From an uncultured Oscillospiraceae bacterium (GTDB lineage Bacteria; Bacillota; Clostridia; Oscillospirales; Oscillospiraceae): a stretch of 64,000 bases of DNA. The notes below the pieces were generated by a model. It saw only the letters and a program-made list of their open reading frames with translations, ran no database searches and was not told the origin of the DNA. Shown here one piece after another: positions 37,210 through 47,020 of this stretch; position 1 is the stretch's first letter, and each line of letters begins with the position of its first letter. Position numbers and translations under genes: made by a program. The stretch lies in NCBI GenBank assembly GCA_947629955.1, contig CANRFT010000006.1:3226-67225 (forward strand), given 5' to 3'.

Positions 37210-38274
37210 ATGAACCATTTTGAAAAGATCGCCGCCAGGCTGCCCGAGTACGGCCTGGACGCCATGCTGGTCAACTCCGACCCCGGCGAGTTCTACGCCG
37301 CCGGCTTCCACGGAGAGGGCGTGGCCCTGATCACCCCCGGCAAGACCTGGTATTACACCGACTCCCGGTATATTGAGGCCGCCGAACAGCTCGTCAAGGG
37401 GGCAGAGGTGGACTTGGGGCTGCGGGGCAAGAGCTACGCCGCTCTGGTGGCCGAACTGTGCGCCGCCCACGGCATCAAAAAGCTGGGCTTTGAGGAGCAG
37501 TACATGTCGGTGGCCGCCTACAACCGCTGGACCGCCGCCGTAGAGGCGGAGTTCGTGCCCGCCTCCGCCCTGCTGGCCGGACTGCGGGCGGTGAAGGACG
37601 AGGAGGAGCTGGCCGCCATGAAGGAGGCCCAGCGGCTCACAGACGCGGCCTTCACCGAGATCCTGAACGACATCAGGCCCGGCGTGGCGGAGTGTGAGAT
37701 CGCCGCCAAGCTGACTTACTATATGGCCAGCATGGGCGCCGAGCGCAACTCCTTCGACCCCATCGTGGCCTGCGGGGCCAACGGCTCCAAGCCCCACGCC
37801 ATCCCCAGCCGGAAGAAGATCGAGAAGGGGCACTTTGTCACCATGGACTTCGGCTGTGTCGTCGGCGGCTACTGCTCCGATATGACCCGCACCGTGGCGG
37901 TGGGGGAGCCCTCCGACGAGATGAGGCTGGTCTATAACACCGTGCTGAAGGCCCAGCTGGACAGCATCGCCGCCGCAAAGGCCGGGGTGCCCGGGGCGGA
38001 TATCCACGCCGTGGCCGCAAAGGTCATCGGTGACGCCGGTTACGGCGGCTATTTCGGCCACGGCCTGGGCCACTCGGTGGGCATCGAGATCCACGAGGAC
38101 CCCGGCTTCGCCCCCCGGTGCGACAAGCCCACCCCCGCGGGCGCGGTCATCACCGTGGAGCCCGGCATCTACCTGCCCGGGAAGTTCGGTGTGCGCATCG
38201 AGGACATGGTGCGCCTCACCGAGGACGGCTGTGAGGACCTGACCCACTCCCCCAAAGAGCTCATCATCCTCTAA
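37210..38274 (+). CDS. Xaa-Pro aminopeptidase (M24B)
   Basis: MDFG..YCSDMTRT, GHGLGHSVG..IHEDP, TVEPGIY..GVRIEDM. Confidence 0.95.
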   Translation: MNHFEKIAARLPEYGLDAMLVNSDPGEFYAAGFHGEGVALITPGKTWYYTDSRYIEAAEQLVKGAEVDLGLRGKSYAALVAELCAAHGIKKLGFEEQYMSVAAYNRWTAAVEAEFVPASALLAGLRAVKDEEELAAMKEAQRLTDAAFTEILNDIRPGVAECEIAAKLTYYMASMGAERNSFDPIVACGANGSKPHAIPSRKKIEKGHFVTMDFGCVVGGYCSDMTRTVAVGEPSDEMRLVYNTVLKAQLDSIAAAKAGVPGADIHAVAAKVIGDAGYGGYFGHGLGHSVGIEIHEDPGFAPRCDKPTPAGAVITVEPGIYLPGKFGVRIEDMVRLTEDGCEDLTHSPKELIIL

Positions 38275-38358
38275 AATGTCTTGCATTTGCTCCGATAATA
38301 GGGTATAATGACTTGACTATATTTGTCTACCAACTTTTTCATACGGGAGGAATTACCC

Positions 38359-38928
38359 ATGGCAATGATCACCGCAGGCGATTTCCGCAACGGCGTGACC
38401 TTCGAGATGGACGGCAAGGTCATGCAGGTCCTGGAGTTCCAGCATGTGAAGCCCGGCAAGGGCGCCGCCTTTGTGCGCACCAAGTACAAGAACGTCATCA
38501 CCGGCGCCATCCGCGAGGAGTCCTTCAACCCCACCGCCAAATTCGAGCAGGCCTTTGTGGACCGCAAGGACATGGAGTACAGCTACACCGACGGCGACCT
38601 GTACTACTTCATGGATCCTGAGACCTACGATCTGGTGCCCATCTCCAAGGACGTGCTCAGCGACAACTTCAAGTTTGTCAAGGAGAACATGGTCTGCAAG
38701 ATCAGCTCCTACAAGGGCAGCGTGTTCGGCGTGGAGCCCCCCAACTTCGTGGACCTGGAGGTCACCGACACCGAGCCCGGCTTCGCCGGCAACACCGCCA
38801 CCAACGTGACCAAGCCCGCCACCCTGGAGACCGGCGCCGAGATCAAGGTGCCCCTGTTCATCGGCCCCGGCGACAGGATCCGCATCGACACCCGCACCGG
38901 CGAGTACCTGGAGCGGTCCAAGGGCTGA
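38359..38928 (+). CDS. efp: Elongation factor P
   Basis: [42 protein letters not shown]; promoter TTGCAT-N17-TATAAT at 38281-309. Confidence 0.97.
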   Translation: MAMITAGDFRNGVTFEMDGKVMQVLEFQHVKPGKGAAFVRTKYKNVITGAIREESFNPTAKFEQAFVDRKDMEYSYTDGDLYYFMDPETYDLVPISKDVLSDNFKFVKENMVCKISSYKGSVFGVEPPNFVDLEVTDTEPGFAGNTATNVTKPATLETGAEIKVPLFIGPGDRIRIDTRTGEYLERSKG

Positions 38929-38948
38929 GATCCGGAAAGGGAACAGAT

Positions 38949-39398
38949 ATGACCATCACCGAAAAAGTGGCTTACATCCAGGGCCTGTTTGACGGCATGG
39001 GTCTGGACAAGTCCGAGGAGCCCCAGGCCAAGGTGCTGTCCGAGGTGCTGGACGTGCTCAAGGAGGTCGGCGAGGAAATCGACATGCTGGACGCCACCCT
39101 GGACGAGCACGGCAAGGAGTTCGATGGGGTGGAGGATGCCCTCAACGACCTGACTGTGGGCCTCACTGAACTGGAGGACGAGGTCTACGGCGTCGACGAT
39201 GATGACGATGACGAGGACGAGGACGACGAGGAGGAGGACGACGACAGCGAGGACTTTTTCGAGGTGGAGTGCCCCAACTGCGGGGAGGAACTGACCATCG
39301 ACGACGAGGTGCTGGCTGCCGGGTCCATCGACTGCCCCAACTGCGGGCAGACATTCGCCCTGTCCTTCGACGAGGACGAGGAGAGCGGGGACGACTGA
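38949..39398 (+). CDS. CD1247-like acidic zinc-ribbon protein
   Basis: EKVAYIQGLFDG N-terminus, acidic tract, CPNC..CPNC. Confidence 0.8.
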   Translation: MTITEKVAYIQGLFDGMGLDKSEEPQAKVLSEVLDVLKEVGEEIDMLDATLDEHGKEFDGVEDALNDLTVGLTELEDEVYGVDDDDDDEDEDDEEEDDDSEDFFEVECPNCGEELTIDDEVLAAGSIDCPNCGQTFALSFDEDEESGDD

Positions 39399-39413
39399 AT
39401 TGTGTTTCATGTG

Positions 39414-39447
39414 AAAAGGCCCGGCTGGGAGACCAGCCGGGCCTTTT
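39414..39447. terminator. Bidirectional terminator
   Basis: AAAAGGCCCGGCTGG-gaga-CCAGCCGGGCCTTTT. Confidence 0.85.
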
Positions 39448-39456
39448 GCGCTCAGG

Positions 39457-39669
39457 TCAGGGTTTTGCTTTCAAATGAAAAATGACCGCCAGCGCCGCGC
39501 ACACGGCGATCCCCACGGCGTAGGGGATGGCCAGCAGAAACGCCGCGTAGGGGGGAAAGCTGGTGGCCGGGTTCCACTGCAGGGCGCAGTAGTTGTACGC
39601 CACCGCCGCGCACATCACGTCGGACAGCAAAACGGCGAGGGCTCCAAAGACAACGGACAGGGTCTTCAT
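39457..39669 (-). CDS. Small two-TM membrane protein
   Basis: 70 aa hydrophobic; RBS AGGAG; downstream of the HTH gene. Confidence 0.7.
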   Translation of the reverse strand: MKTLSVVFGALAVLLSDVMCAAVAYNYCALQWNPATSFPPYAAFLLAIPYAVGIAVCAALAVIFHLKAKP

Positions 39670-39681
39670 CAGGATACTCCT

Positions 39682-40140
39682 TTACTTTTTTGAGGTGTTT
39701 TTCAGGAGCAGGCCGGCGCCCACGGCCACGGCGGCGGCACACAGGCCAAGAAAGATGCCATTGCCGTCGATCCGGACGGCGGACGACGCGCCGATCTGTT
39801 CGGCAGCGGCGGGGTCAAAGATGGAAAGCAACCCCCACACGATCAGCCCGATGATGCCGCCGGCGCAGATGATGAGGCCGGGCAGCCAGCCGGGCCGCGG
39901 GGCGCGGCCGTCCGGCGTATGGGCGGGAGCGGCGGACTGCTCTTCGCCCTCTTTCATCAGGTAGTCCAGTGTGACGTTGAAATACCGACTGACGGCCAGG
40001 AGCTTGTCGCTTTCCGGCACGGACTGACCGGACTCCCATTTTGAGATGGCCTGCCGGGACACCCCCAGCCGCTCCGCCAGCTGCTCCTGGGATAGTCCGC
40101 TTTTTCTGCGGAGCGCGTACAGCTTTTCTGAGAGAGCCAT
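39682..40140 (-). CDS. XRE-family HTH regulator with C-terminal TM helices
   Basis: EKLYALRRKSGLSQEQLAERLGVSRQAISKWESG; two TMs. Confidence 0.88.
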   Translation of the reverse strand: MALSEKLYALRRKSGLSQEQLAERLGVSRQAISKWESGQSVPESDKLLAVSRYFNVTLDYLMKEGEEQSAAPAHTPDGRAPRPGWLPGLIICAGGIIGLIVWGLLSIFDPAAAEQIGASSAVRIDGNGIFLGLCAAAVAVGAGLLLKNTSKK

Positions 40141-40205
40141 AGTACCTCCTTTCCCATCCAGCATACCGGCGGCCCGTGTGGCACGCAATACACCCGGATA
40201 GGCAA

Positions 40206-40228
40206 TTCCGCAACTTTGGGTTGCGGAA
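40206..40228. promoter_or_regulatory. Candidate operator of the HTH-TM regulator
   Basis: TTCCGCAAC-N5-GTTGCGGAA perfect inverted repeat upstream of the gene. Confidence 0.5.
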
Positions 40229-40281
40229 CTGTTTTTTTACGAAAACGCCCGGACATTTGACCCGCCCGGGCATTTTTGCGC

Positions 40282-40947
40282 TTATGTTCCCGATTCGATG
40301 GGGTCGATGATGGGGATCAGATCGGCGGCGGTTTCCGCGATGTAATCCGCTCCGGCCGCCTCAAGTTCCGCCCGGCTTCCGTAGCCGAACAGCACCCCGG
40401 CGGCGGGGAGACCCATGGCGTGGGCGCCCAGGATGTCGTGCTCCCGGTCCCCCGCCATCAGGGGCCGGCCCCCCGGCATGTCCAGCCGCTCCAGCGCCAC
40501 GCCGATGATCTCCGCCTTGTCACAGTGGGCGCCTCCCAGGTCGGCACCGGCGATCACGGCAAAGTATTTGCTCAGCTCGAAGTGGTCCAGCACCCGCCGG
40601 ACGAACACCTCCGGCTTGGAGGAGGCCACCGCCAGGGTCTTTCCCCGGGCGGTCAGCTCCGCCAGCAGTTCCGGGATGCCGGAGTATACCAGGTTCTCGT
40701 AAATGCCCCTGTCCCGGTAGTATTCCCGGTAGATCTCCACGGCCCTCTGCCCCTCCCCGGCGGGGAGGCCTAAGAAGCGCTCAAAGCTCTCGTGCAGCGG
40801 CGGGCCGATGAAGCAGTTGAGGACAGACAGGTCGGCCACCTCCACGCCGTAGCGTTTCAGGGCGTAGGCCACCGAGTTGCGGATGCCCTCCCCCGAGTCG
40901 GTGAGGGTGCCGTCCAGGTCGAACAGGATGGGGTCGAATCCGCTCAT
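40282..40947 (-). CDS. HAD-family hydrolase (phosphoglycolate phosphatase/nucleotidase-like)
   Basis: FDLDGTLTDS, ASSKP, GDREHDILGA. Confidence 0.92.
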   Translation of the reverse strand: MSGFDPILFDLDGTLTDSGEGIRNSVAYALKRYGVEVADLSVLNCFIGPPLHESFERFLGLPAGEGQRAVEIYREYYRDRGIYENLVYSGIPELLAELTARGKTLAVASSKPEVFVRRVLDHFELSKYFAVIAGADLGGAHCDKAEIIGVALERLDMPGGRPLMAGDREHDILGAHAMGLPAAGVLFGYGSRAELEAAGADYIAETAADLIPIIDPIESGT

Positions 40948-40948
40948 G

Positions 40949-42064
40949 TCACTCCTCCAGCAGCCCGGCGCACTTTTTCAGCTGGTCGATGACCGGCAGA
41001 TGTTGGGGGCACATCTTCTCGCACTGGTGGCAGCCCACGCAGTCGGAGGCTTTGCCCCTGCCCTTCACGGCGGCCTGATAGTCCGCTTTTGCCTCGGCGG
41101 TCTGGCCGTTGGTCAAATGCTTGTTGGCGGCGGCGAAGATCTCGGGGATGGGGATGTGCTTGGGACAGCCCTCCACGCAGTACCGGCAGGCGGTGCAGGG
41201 GATGGCGGCGGACTTGCCCAGTACCACCTGGGCCTTCTGGATAATGGCCCGCTCGTCGTCATTGAGCGGCTTAAAGTCGCTCATAAAGCCCAGGTTGTCC
41301 TCCATCTGGGCCAGGTTGGACATGCCGGACAGCACGGTGATCACCCCGTCCAGGGAGGCGGCGAACCGGATGGCCCAGGAGGCGGGGGAGGCGTCCGGAG
41401 CGTAATCTTTGAACAGCTTCTTCACCTCCGCCGGAGGGTCGGCCAGGCGGCCCCCCTTCACCGGCTCCATGATGACGATGCCCTTGTTGTGCTTCCTCGC
41501 CACCTCGTAGTTGGCCCTGGAGGTGACCTTGGGGTTCTCCCAGTCGGCGTAGTTGATCTGGAGCTGGACGAACTCGGCCTCCGGGTGGTCGGTGAGCAGC
41601 CTGTCCAGCAGCTCCGGCCCGTCGTGGTAAGAGAAGCCGATGTGTTTGATGAGCCCCTTCTCCTTCTGCTCCTTTACAAAGTCCCACAGGCCGAACTTAT
41701 CATACCGGCCCACCCCCCCGGAGGACAGGGCGTGGAGCAGATAGTAGTCGAAATAGCCGGCCCCGGTGCGCTTCAGGCTGGTCTCAAACTGCTTCTTCGC
41801 GGCCTTCTCCGTAGGGGCCGCCATAGCGTTCACCTTGGTGGCCAGGGTGTAGCTCTCCCGGGGATGGCGGTCCACCAGAGCCTTCTTGGCAGCCGCCTCG
41901 GAGCCCACGTACACATAGGCGGTGTCGAAGTAGGTGAATCCCGCCTCCAAAAATTTGTCCACCATGGCGGCGGTCTGCTTCACGTCGGTCCGCACCGTCA
42001 CCTTGGGCAGCCGCATGAGGCCGAAGCCCAGCTTGGGGGTCTCTTTCCCAAAATAGTCGCTCAT
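40949..42064 (-). CDS. Aldo/keto reductase with C-terminal 4Fe-4S dicluster
   Basis: LGFGLMRLP, YFDTAYVY, MEPVKGG, CTACRYC..CP and CVGCHQCEKMCP. Confidence 0.92.
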   Translation of the reverse strand: MSDYFGKETPKLGFGLMRLPKVTVRTDVKQTAAMVDKFLEAGFTYFDTAYVYVGSEAAAKKALVDRHPRESYTLATKVNAMAAPTEKAAKKQFETSLKRTGAGYFDYYLLHALSSGGVGRYDKFGLWDFVKEQKEKGLIKHIGFSYHDGPELLDRLLTDHPEAEFVQLQINYADWENPKVTSRANYEVARKHNKGIVIMEPVKGGRLADPPAEVKKLFKDYAPDASPASWAIRFAASLDGVITVLSGMSNLAQMEDNLGFMSDFKPLNDDERAIIQKAQVVLGKSAAIPCTACRYCVEGCPKHIPIPEIFAAANKHLTNGQTAEAKADYQAAVKGRGKASDCVGCHQCEKMCPQHLPVIDQLKKCAGLLEE

Positions 42065-42223
42065 AAGCACACTTCCCATCAATTAGTTGTTGAGCATATG
42101 TATTATATCATATCGGCAGTCCTCTGTCCATTCGATTTTATCCCGCTGATGATTGTCTTTTCCTGGGGATTCCTGTATAATCGGAGTAACAAGCCCGGCA
42201 AATTTGATTTGGAGGTCTGCCCT

Positions 42224-43201
42224 ATGTGTACCGCGGTATCCTTTCTGACCGATCATCACTACTTCGGCCGCAACCTGGACCTGGAATTCTCCTACAACGA
42301 GACGGTCACCGTCACTCCCCGGAACTACCCCTTCCGCTTCCGCCGGATGGGGGAGAGGCCCTCCCACTTCGCCATGATCGGCATGGCCTATGTGGCGGGG
42401 GGCTACCCCCTCTACTACGACGCGGTGAACGAGAAGGGCCTGGGTATGGCGGGACTCAACTTCCCCGGCAACGCGGTCTATCTGCCGGAAACGGAGGGCA
42501 AGGACAACGTGGCCCCCTTCGAGTTCATCCCCTGGGTGCTGGGCCAGTGCGCCACTGTGGCGGAGGCCAGGGCCCTGCTGTCCAACCTCAACCTGGCCGC
42601 CATCAATTTCAGCGAGCAGCTTCCCGCCTCCCCCCTCCACTGGATCATCTCCGACCGGGAGGAATGTATCGTGGCCGAGCCCATGGCCGACGGCCTGCGG
42701 GTCTACGACAACCCGGTGAAGGTCCTCACCAACAACCCGCCCTTCGACTTCCACCTGCTGAACCTGGCCAACTACATGGGCTGCACCCGGGAGGAGGCCA
42801 CTGATCGTTTCGCCTCCGAGCTGGAGCTGCCCCTGGCCGCCTACAGCCGGGGCATGGGCGGCATGGGCATCCCCGGCGACCTGTCCTCCGCCTCCCGGTT
42901 CGTGAAGGCCGCCTTCACCCGGGCCAACTCCGTGTGCGAGAAGGACGCCTGCTCCAGCATCAGCCAGTTCTTCCACATCCTCGGCTCGGTTGCCCAGCAG
43001 ATGGGCTGCTGCCGGGTGGGGCACAAGTTCGAGTACACCATCTACTCCTCCTGCTGTGACACCGACGCCGGCGTCTACTACTACACCACCTATGAGAACA
43101 GCCAGATCACCGGCGTGGACATGCACAAGGAAGATCTGGACGGCGATCAGCTGGTCAGCTATCCCCTGGTGACCGGCCAGCGGATCAACATGGTAAACTG
43201 A
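42224..43201 (+). CDS. bsh: Choloylglycine hydrolase (bile salt hydrolase / penicillin V acylase family)
   Basis: N-terminal MCT nucleophile, YFGRNLD, DAVNEKGL, LTNNP, PGDLSSASRF; promoter TTGTCT-N17-TATAAT at 42153-81. Confidence 0.88.
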   Translation: MCTAVSFLTDHHYFGRNLDLEFSYNETVTVTPRNYPFRFRRMGERPSHFAMIGMAYVAGGYPLYYDAVNEKGLGMAGLNFPGNAVYLPETEGKDNVAPFEFIPWVLGQCATVAEARALLSNLNLAAINFSEQLPASPLHWIISDREECIVAEPMADGLRVYDNPVKVLTNNPPFDFHLLNLANYMGCTREEATDRFASELELPLAAYSRGMGGMGIPGDLSSASRFVKAAFTRANSVCEKDACSSISQFFHILGSVAQQMGCCRVGHKFEYTIYSSCCDTDAGVYYYTTYENSQITGVDMHKEDLDGDQLVSYPLVTGQRINMVN

Positions 43202-43208
43202 ACCCACA

Positions 43209-43248
43209 CAGACAAAGGGCCGCGCCGTATGGCGCGGCCCTTTGTCTG
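43209..43248. terminator. Terminator between convergent bsh and ABC genes
   Basis: CAGACAAAGGGCCGCGCC-gtat-GGCGCGGCCCTTTGTCTG. Confidence 0.8.
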
Positions 43249-43251
43249 CCC

Positions 43252-45027
43252 TCATTCAAACTGGGAGGCGTAGAGCTTGTAATAGTAGCCCCTCTCCGCC
43301 ATCAGCTGGTCGTGGGTGCCCTGCTCCACCACGTCGCCGTGATCCATCACCAAAATCTTGTCCGCGTTCTGGATGGTGGACAGCCGGTGGGCGATGACGA
43401 AGCTGGTCTTGCCCTTCATCAGCTCCCGCATGGCCTTCTGCACCTGCTGCTCCGTGTGGGTGTCCACGTTGGAGGTGGCCTCGTCCAAAATCAGCATCCG
43501 GGTGTCGTACAGCATGGCCCGGGCGATGGTGAGCAGCTGCTTCTGCCCCTTGCTGATGTTGCCGCCGTCCTCGCTGACCACGGTGCGGTAGCCCTCGGGC
43601 AGGCGCATGATGTACCCGTGGATGCGGGCGGCCTTGGCGGCGGCCACCACCTCCTCCATGGTGGCGTTCTCCTTGCCGTAGGCGATGTTCTCGAAGATGG
43701 TCCCCCGGAACACCCAGGTATCCTGGAGCACCATGGCGTAGGCCCGGCGCAGGCTCTTCCGTGTGAGGCCGCGTATCTCCTTCCCGTCCACCCGGATCTC
43801 GCCGGAATCCACGTCATAGAACCGCATGAGCAGGTTGATGACGGTGGTCTTTCCCGCCCCCGTGTGGCCCACGATGGCCACCGTCTGCCCCGGCTCCGCC
43901 GTCAGGCTCAGGTCGTGGAGGATGGTCTTGCCGGGGAGATAGCCGAAGGACACGTGGTCGGCCTCCACCGCCCCGGCGGGGTCGGTGAGTTCCTCCGCGC
44001 CGTACAAGTCGGCCAGCTCCTCCGGCTGGTCCAGCAGCTGGAACACCCGCTCGGCGGCGGCCAGGGCCGAATAGATCTCGTTGATGATGTTGGCGATCTC
44101 GTTGATGGGGCCGGAGAACTTCCGGGAGTACAGCACGAACTTGGAGATCTGCTTCAGATTCACGATGTTGAACAGGTAGAACACCGCCCCCAGCAGGCCG
44201 ATGAGGGCCAGACCCAGGTTGGAGATCAGTCCGATGGTGGGACCCATGGTCATGCCTAAGGAGTCCGCGTCCCGGTAGGCGTCGGCCGCCTTGTGGTTGA
44301 TGGCGCTGAACTCGTCGCACACCCCGTCCTCGTGGGCGTAGGCCAGGATGGTCTTCTGGCCGGAGAACATCTCCTCCACAAAGCCGTTCATCTCGCCGTA
44401 GGCGCGGCTGCGCTTGGAGTACCGGGGCCGGGTCTTTTTGCCCATGAACCGGGTGTACAGGATGGACACCGGGATGGTGACGAGCATCACCGTCACCAGG
44501 GGCAGGGAGGTGACGCACATCATCACGAAGGAGCCCGCCACCGTCACCACCGAGGTCAAAATCTGCACCACGTCGGTGGACAGGCTGGTGGACACCACGT
44601 CGATGTCGTAGGATACCCGGCTGATGATGTCGCCAGCCTGGTTCTGGTCAAAGAACTTCACCGGCAGGGTCATCAGCTTGTCGAACACGTCCTTCCGCAT
44701 CCGTTTGGCCACGTTGCGGCTCACCCGCATCATCCCCTGGCTCACCAGGAAGGACAGCAGATTGCTGCCCAGGTAGGCCGCCAGCATACACTTGGCGTAG
44801 AAGAACACCCGGTCGAAGTCCACCTTGCCCGCGCCGGCCTCGATGACGCCGATGGCCTCTCCGGCGAAGGAGGGCCCCAGCAGGTTGCCGATGTTGCTGG
44901 CAAAGGCGCAGAGCAGCAGGAGGAGCACGATCCACTTGTACTCCGCCAGATAGTTCAATATCCGCAGCAGGGCGCCGCGGGTGTCCTTTGGGCGGCCCTG
45001 GCCGCCCCGGTCGCCGTGTCCGGGCAT
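43252..45027 (-). CDS. ABC exporter half-transporter (TMD+NBD), consensus subunit
   Basis: GHTGAGKT, ISKGQKQLL, LDEATS, IAHRLS. Confidence 0.93.
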   Translation of the reverse strand: MPGHGDRGGQGRPKDTRGALLRILNYLAEYKWIVLLLLLCAFASNIGNLLGPSFAGEAIGVIEAGAGKVDFDRVFFYAKCMLAAYLGSNLLSFLVSQGMMRVSRNVAKRMRKDVFDKLMTLPVKFFDQNQAGDIISRVSYDIDVVSTSLSTDVVQILTSVVTVAGSFVMMCVTSLPLVTVMLVTIPVSILYTRFMGKKTRPRYSKRSRAYGEMNGFVEEMFSGQKTILAYAHEDGVCDEFSAINHKAADAYRDADSLGMTMGPTIGLISNLGLALIGLLGAVFYLFNIVNLKQISKFVLYSRKFSGPINEIANIINEIYSALAAAERVFQLLDQPEELADLYGAEELTDPAGAVEADHVSFGYLPGKTILHDLSLTAEPGQTVAIVGHTGAGKTTVINLLMRFYDVDSGEIRVDGKEIRGLTRKSLRRAYAMVLQDTWVFRGTIFENIAYGKENATMEEVVAAAKAARIHGYIMRLPEGYRTVVSEDGGNISKGQKQLLTIARAMLYDTRMLILDEATSNVDTHTEQQVQKAMRELMKGKTSFVIAHRLSTIQNADKILVMDHGDVVEQGTHDQLMAERGYYYKLYASQFE

Positions 45028-45045
45028 AAGCGTTCTCCTCCTTTC

Positions 45046-46824
45046 TCAGGTCATGGAGCCCATCTGGGTCTCGTAGATGGCGTGGTAAGCCGGGCAGGTC
45101 TCCAGCAGGTGGGCGTGGCTGCCGTAACCGATGCACCGGCCCTCCTCCAGCACCAGGATGTTGGTCATGGACTGCACCGAGCTCACCCGCTGGGCCACCA
45201 TGATGACGGCGGCGTCCCTGTGCCGGGCGAAGATGGCCTTGCGGAGGGCCGCGTCGGTCTTGTAGTCCAATGCGGAGGAGGAGTCGTCCAAAATCAAGAT
45301 CTCCGGCTGGCCCGCCAGGGCCCGGGCGATGAGCAGCCGCTGTTTCTGCCCGCCGGACAGGTTGGCCCCCTTGATGTCCGCCATATAGTCCAGGCCCGCG
45401 TCCAGCTCGCCGATGAACTCGGCGGCCATGGCGTCCTCCACGGCGTTCAGCACATCCCGCTCCTCCAGCCCCCGGCCGAAGTCGATGTTCCGGCGGAGGG
45501 TGTCGTTGAACACCATGTCGTTCTGGAACACCACGCCAAATTTGCGGTGCAGGTCGTCCTTCTCATAGGCGCGGACATCCTTCCCGTCCACGAATACCCC
45601 GCCGGCGTCCACGTCGTAAAACCGCATGAGCAGGTTCAGGATGGTGGATTTGCCGCAGCCGGTGGAGCCGATGATGCCAAGACTCTCCCCACGGTTCAGG
45701 GCGAAGCTGATGTCATAGAGGCACTTCTCCCGCTCCGCCCCGGCAAAGCCCTCATGGGCGGGGTCGTCGGCGGAGCCGTAGCTGAAGTCCACGTGCTCGA
45801 AGCGGATGAACTCGTCTCCCACCGGAGCGGGGCACTCCGCCGCGGGCAGGGTGGTCTGGTCCTCCTCTGCGCCGAGGACCAGGTCGATGCGGTCGGCGGA
45901 GGCGGAGGCCTTGCTCAGCATCATGAACACCCGGTTCAGGCCCATGACCCCCATCATGATCATGTTGAAATAGGTCAGAAACGCCAGGATGACGCCGGGA
46001 TCCATCTGCCCGCCGTTGACCCGGTAGGCCCCCAGCACCACCACCAGCGTCAGGCCGATGTTCAGGCACATCTGCATGGCGGGACCGGGGACGGCCATGA
46101 TGGTGCTGGCCTTGATGTCGCTTTTGGCCATGGCCTCGTTGGCCGTGCCGAAATGGCTCTTCTCGTACTCCTCCTTGGACAGGGCCTTCACCACCCGGAT
46201 GCCGGTGATGTCCTCCCGCATGATGCGCACCACGTCGTCCAGCCGCTGCTGGACCTTGTTATAGAGGGGGATGCCGAACCGGGACACCCCCACGCACACC
46301 AGGATCAGCACCGGGGCCATCACGCACATGATGAGGGCCATCCGCACGTCCATGGTCAGGGCCATGATGATGCTGCCCACCAGCAGGATGGGGGCCCGGA
46401 CGCACAGGGTCTGAAGGGACTGGACGCAGGACTGGACGTTGTAGCTGTCGCTGGTCATGCGGCTGATGAGGCTGGGCAGGCCGAAGGCGTCGAACTGGCT
46501 GCCGGACAGGTTCACCGTCTTGTGGAACAGGGCCTGGCGCACATCGTAGGAGATGTTGTGGGCGTTCTCCACCGCCCGGCGGTTGGCCGCCACGTTCAGC
46601 TGCCGGGTGACGATGGCCGCCGCGATCATCAGCAGGCCCCAGAAGATCACCGGGCCCAGCTGCCCCAGGGGCACCACTTTGTCCAGCAGGTGCTCCAGTA
46701 TGTACGGCAGGGTCAGCTCCGCCATAGTGCCCACCAGCTTGACTGCCATCACCAGCAGAACGCTCCACTTATATCGTCCCAAATATCGGAAAATCAGCTT
46801 CAAAGGGGTCTCCTCCCTGGTCAT
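45046..46824 (-). CDS. ABC exporter half-transporter (TMD+NBD), degenerate subunit of a heterodimer
   Basis: GSTGCGKS, LSGGQKQR, degenerate ILDDSS and AQRVSS as in TM287-like subunits. Confidence 0.93.
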   Translation of the reverse strand: MTREETPLKLIFRYLGRYKWSVLLVMAVKLVGTMAELTLPYILEHLLDKVVPLGQLGPVIFWGLLMIAAAIVTRQLNVAANRRAVENAHNISYDVRQALFHKTVNLSGSQFDAFGLPSLISRMTSDSYNVQSCVQSLQTLCVRAPILLVGSIIMALTMDVRMALIMCVMAPVLILVCVGVSRFGIPLYNKVQQRLDDVVRIMREDITGIRVVKALSKEEYEKSHFGTANEAMAKSDIKASTIMAVPGPAMQMCLNIGLTLVVVLGAYRVNGGQMDPGVILAFLTYFNMIMMGVMGLNRVFMMLSKASASADRIDLVLGAEEDQTTLPAAECPAPVGDEFIRFEHVDFSYGSADDPAHEGFAGAEREKCLYDISFALNRGESLGIIGSTGCGKSTILNLLMRFYDVDAGGVFVDGKDVRAYEKDDLHRKFGVVFQNDMVFNDTLRRNIDFGRGLEERDVLNAVEDAMAAEFIGELDAGLDYMADIKGANLSGGQKQRLLIARALAGQPEILILDDSSSALDYKTDAALRKAIFARHRDAAVIMVAQRVSSVQSMTNILVLEEGRCIGYGSHAHLLETCPAYHAIYETQMGSMT

Positions 46825-47020
46825 TCACATATTTTTTCACACGAATCGCATTATATCAAATGAGTCCGGGGAAAGTCAAACCCTTTCCCGCAAAAAGGGC
46901 CATCCGCCCGCCCCTCAACCGGCGGTTGGACCCGGTCAAAAACGCCGCCATTGTCTTTCCCGCCCCGCCGGGGTATCATAGAACCAGTCCGGCCGGACAG
47001 AGCAAAAGGAGGTTTTCACC

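Noticed and set aside
39195-39250. GAC/GAG trinucleotide-like run
   Set aside because: Encodes the Asp/Glu tract of the CD1247-like protein; not a separate repeat element.
40877-43201. 774-aa ORF that appears to fuse a long N-terminus to BSH
   Set aside because: The first ~450 codons are antisense to the aldo/keto reductase. BSH has its own promoter and RBS and needs Cys2, so the start is 42224.
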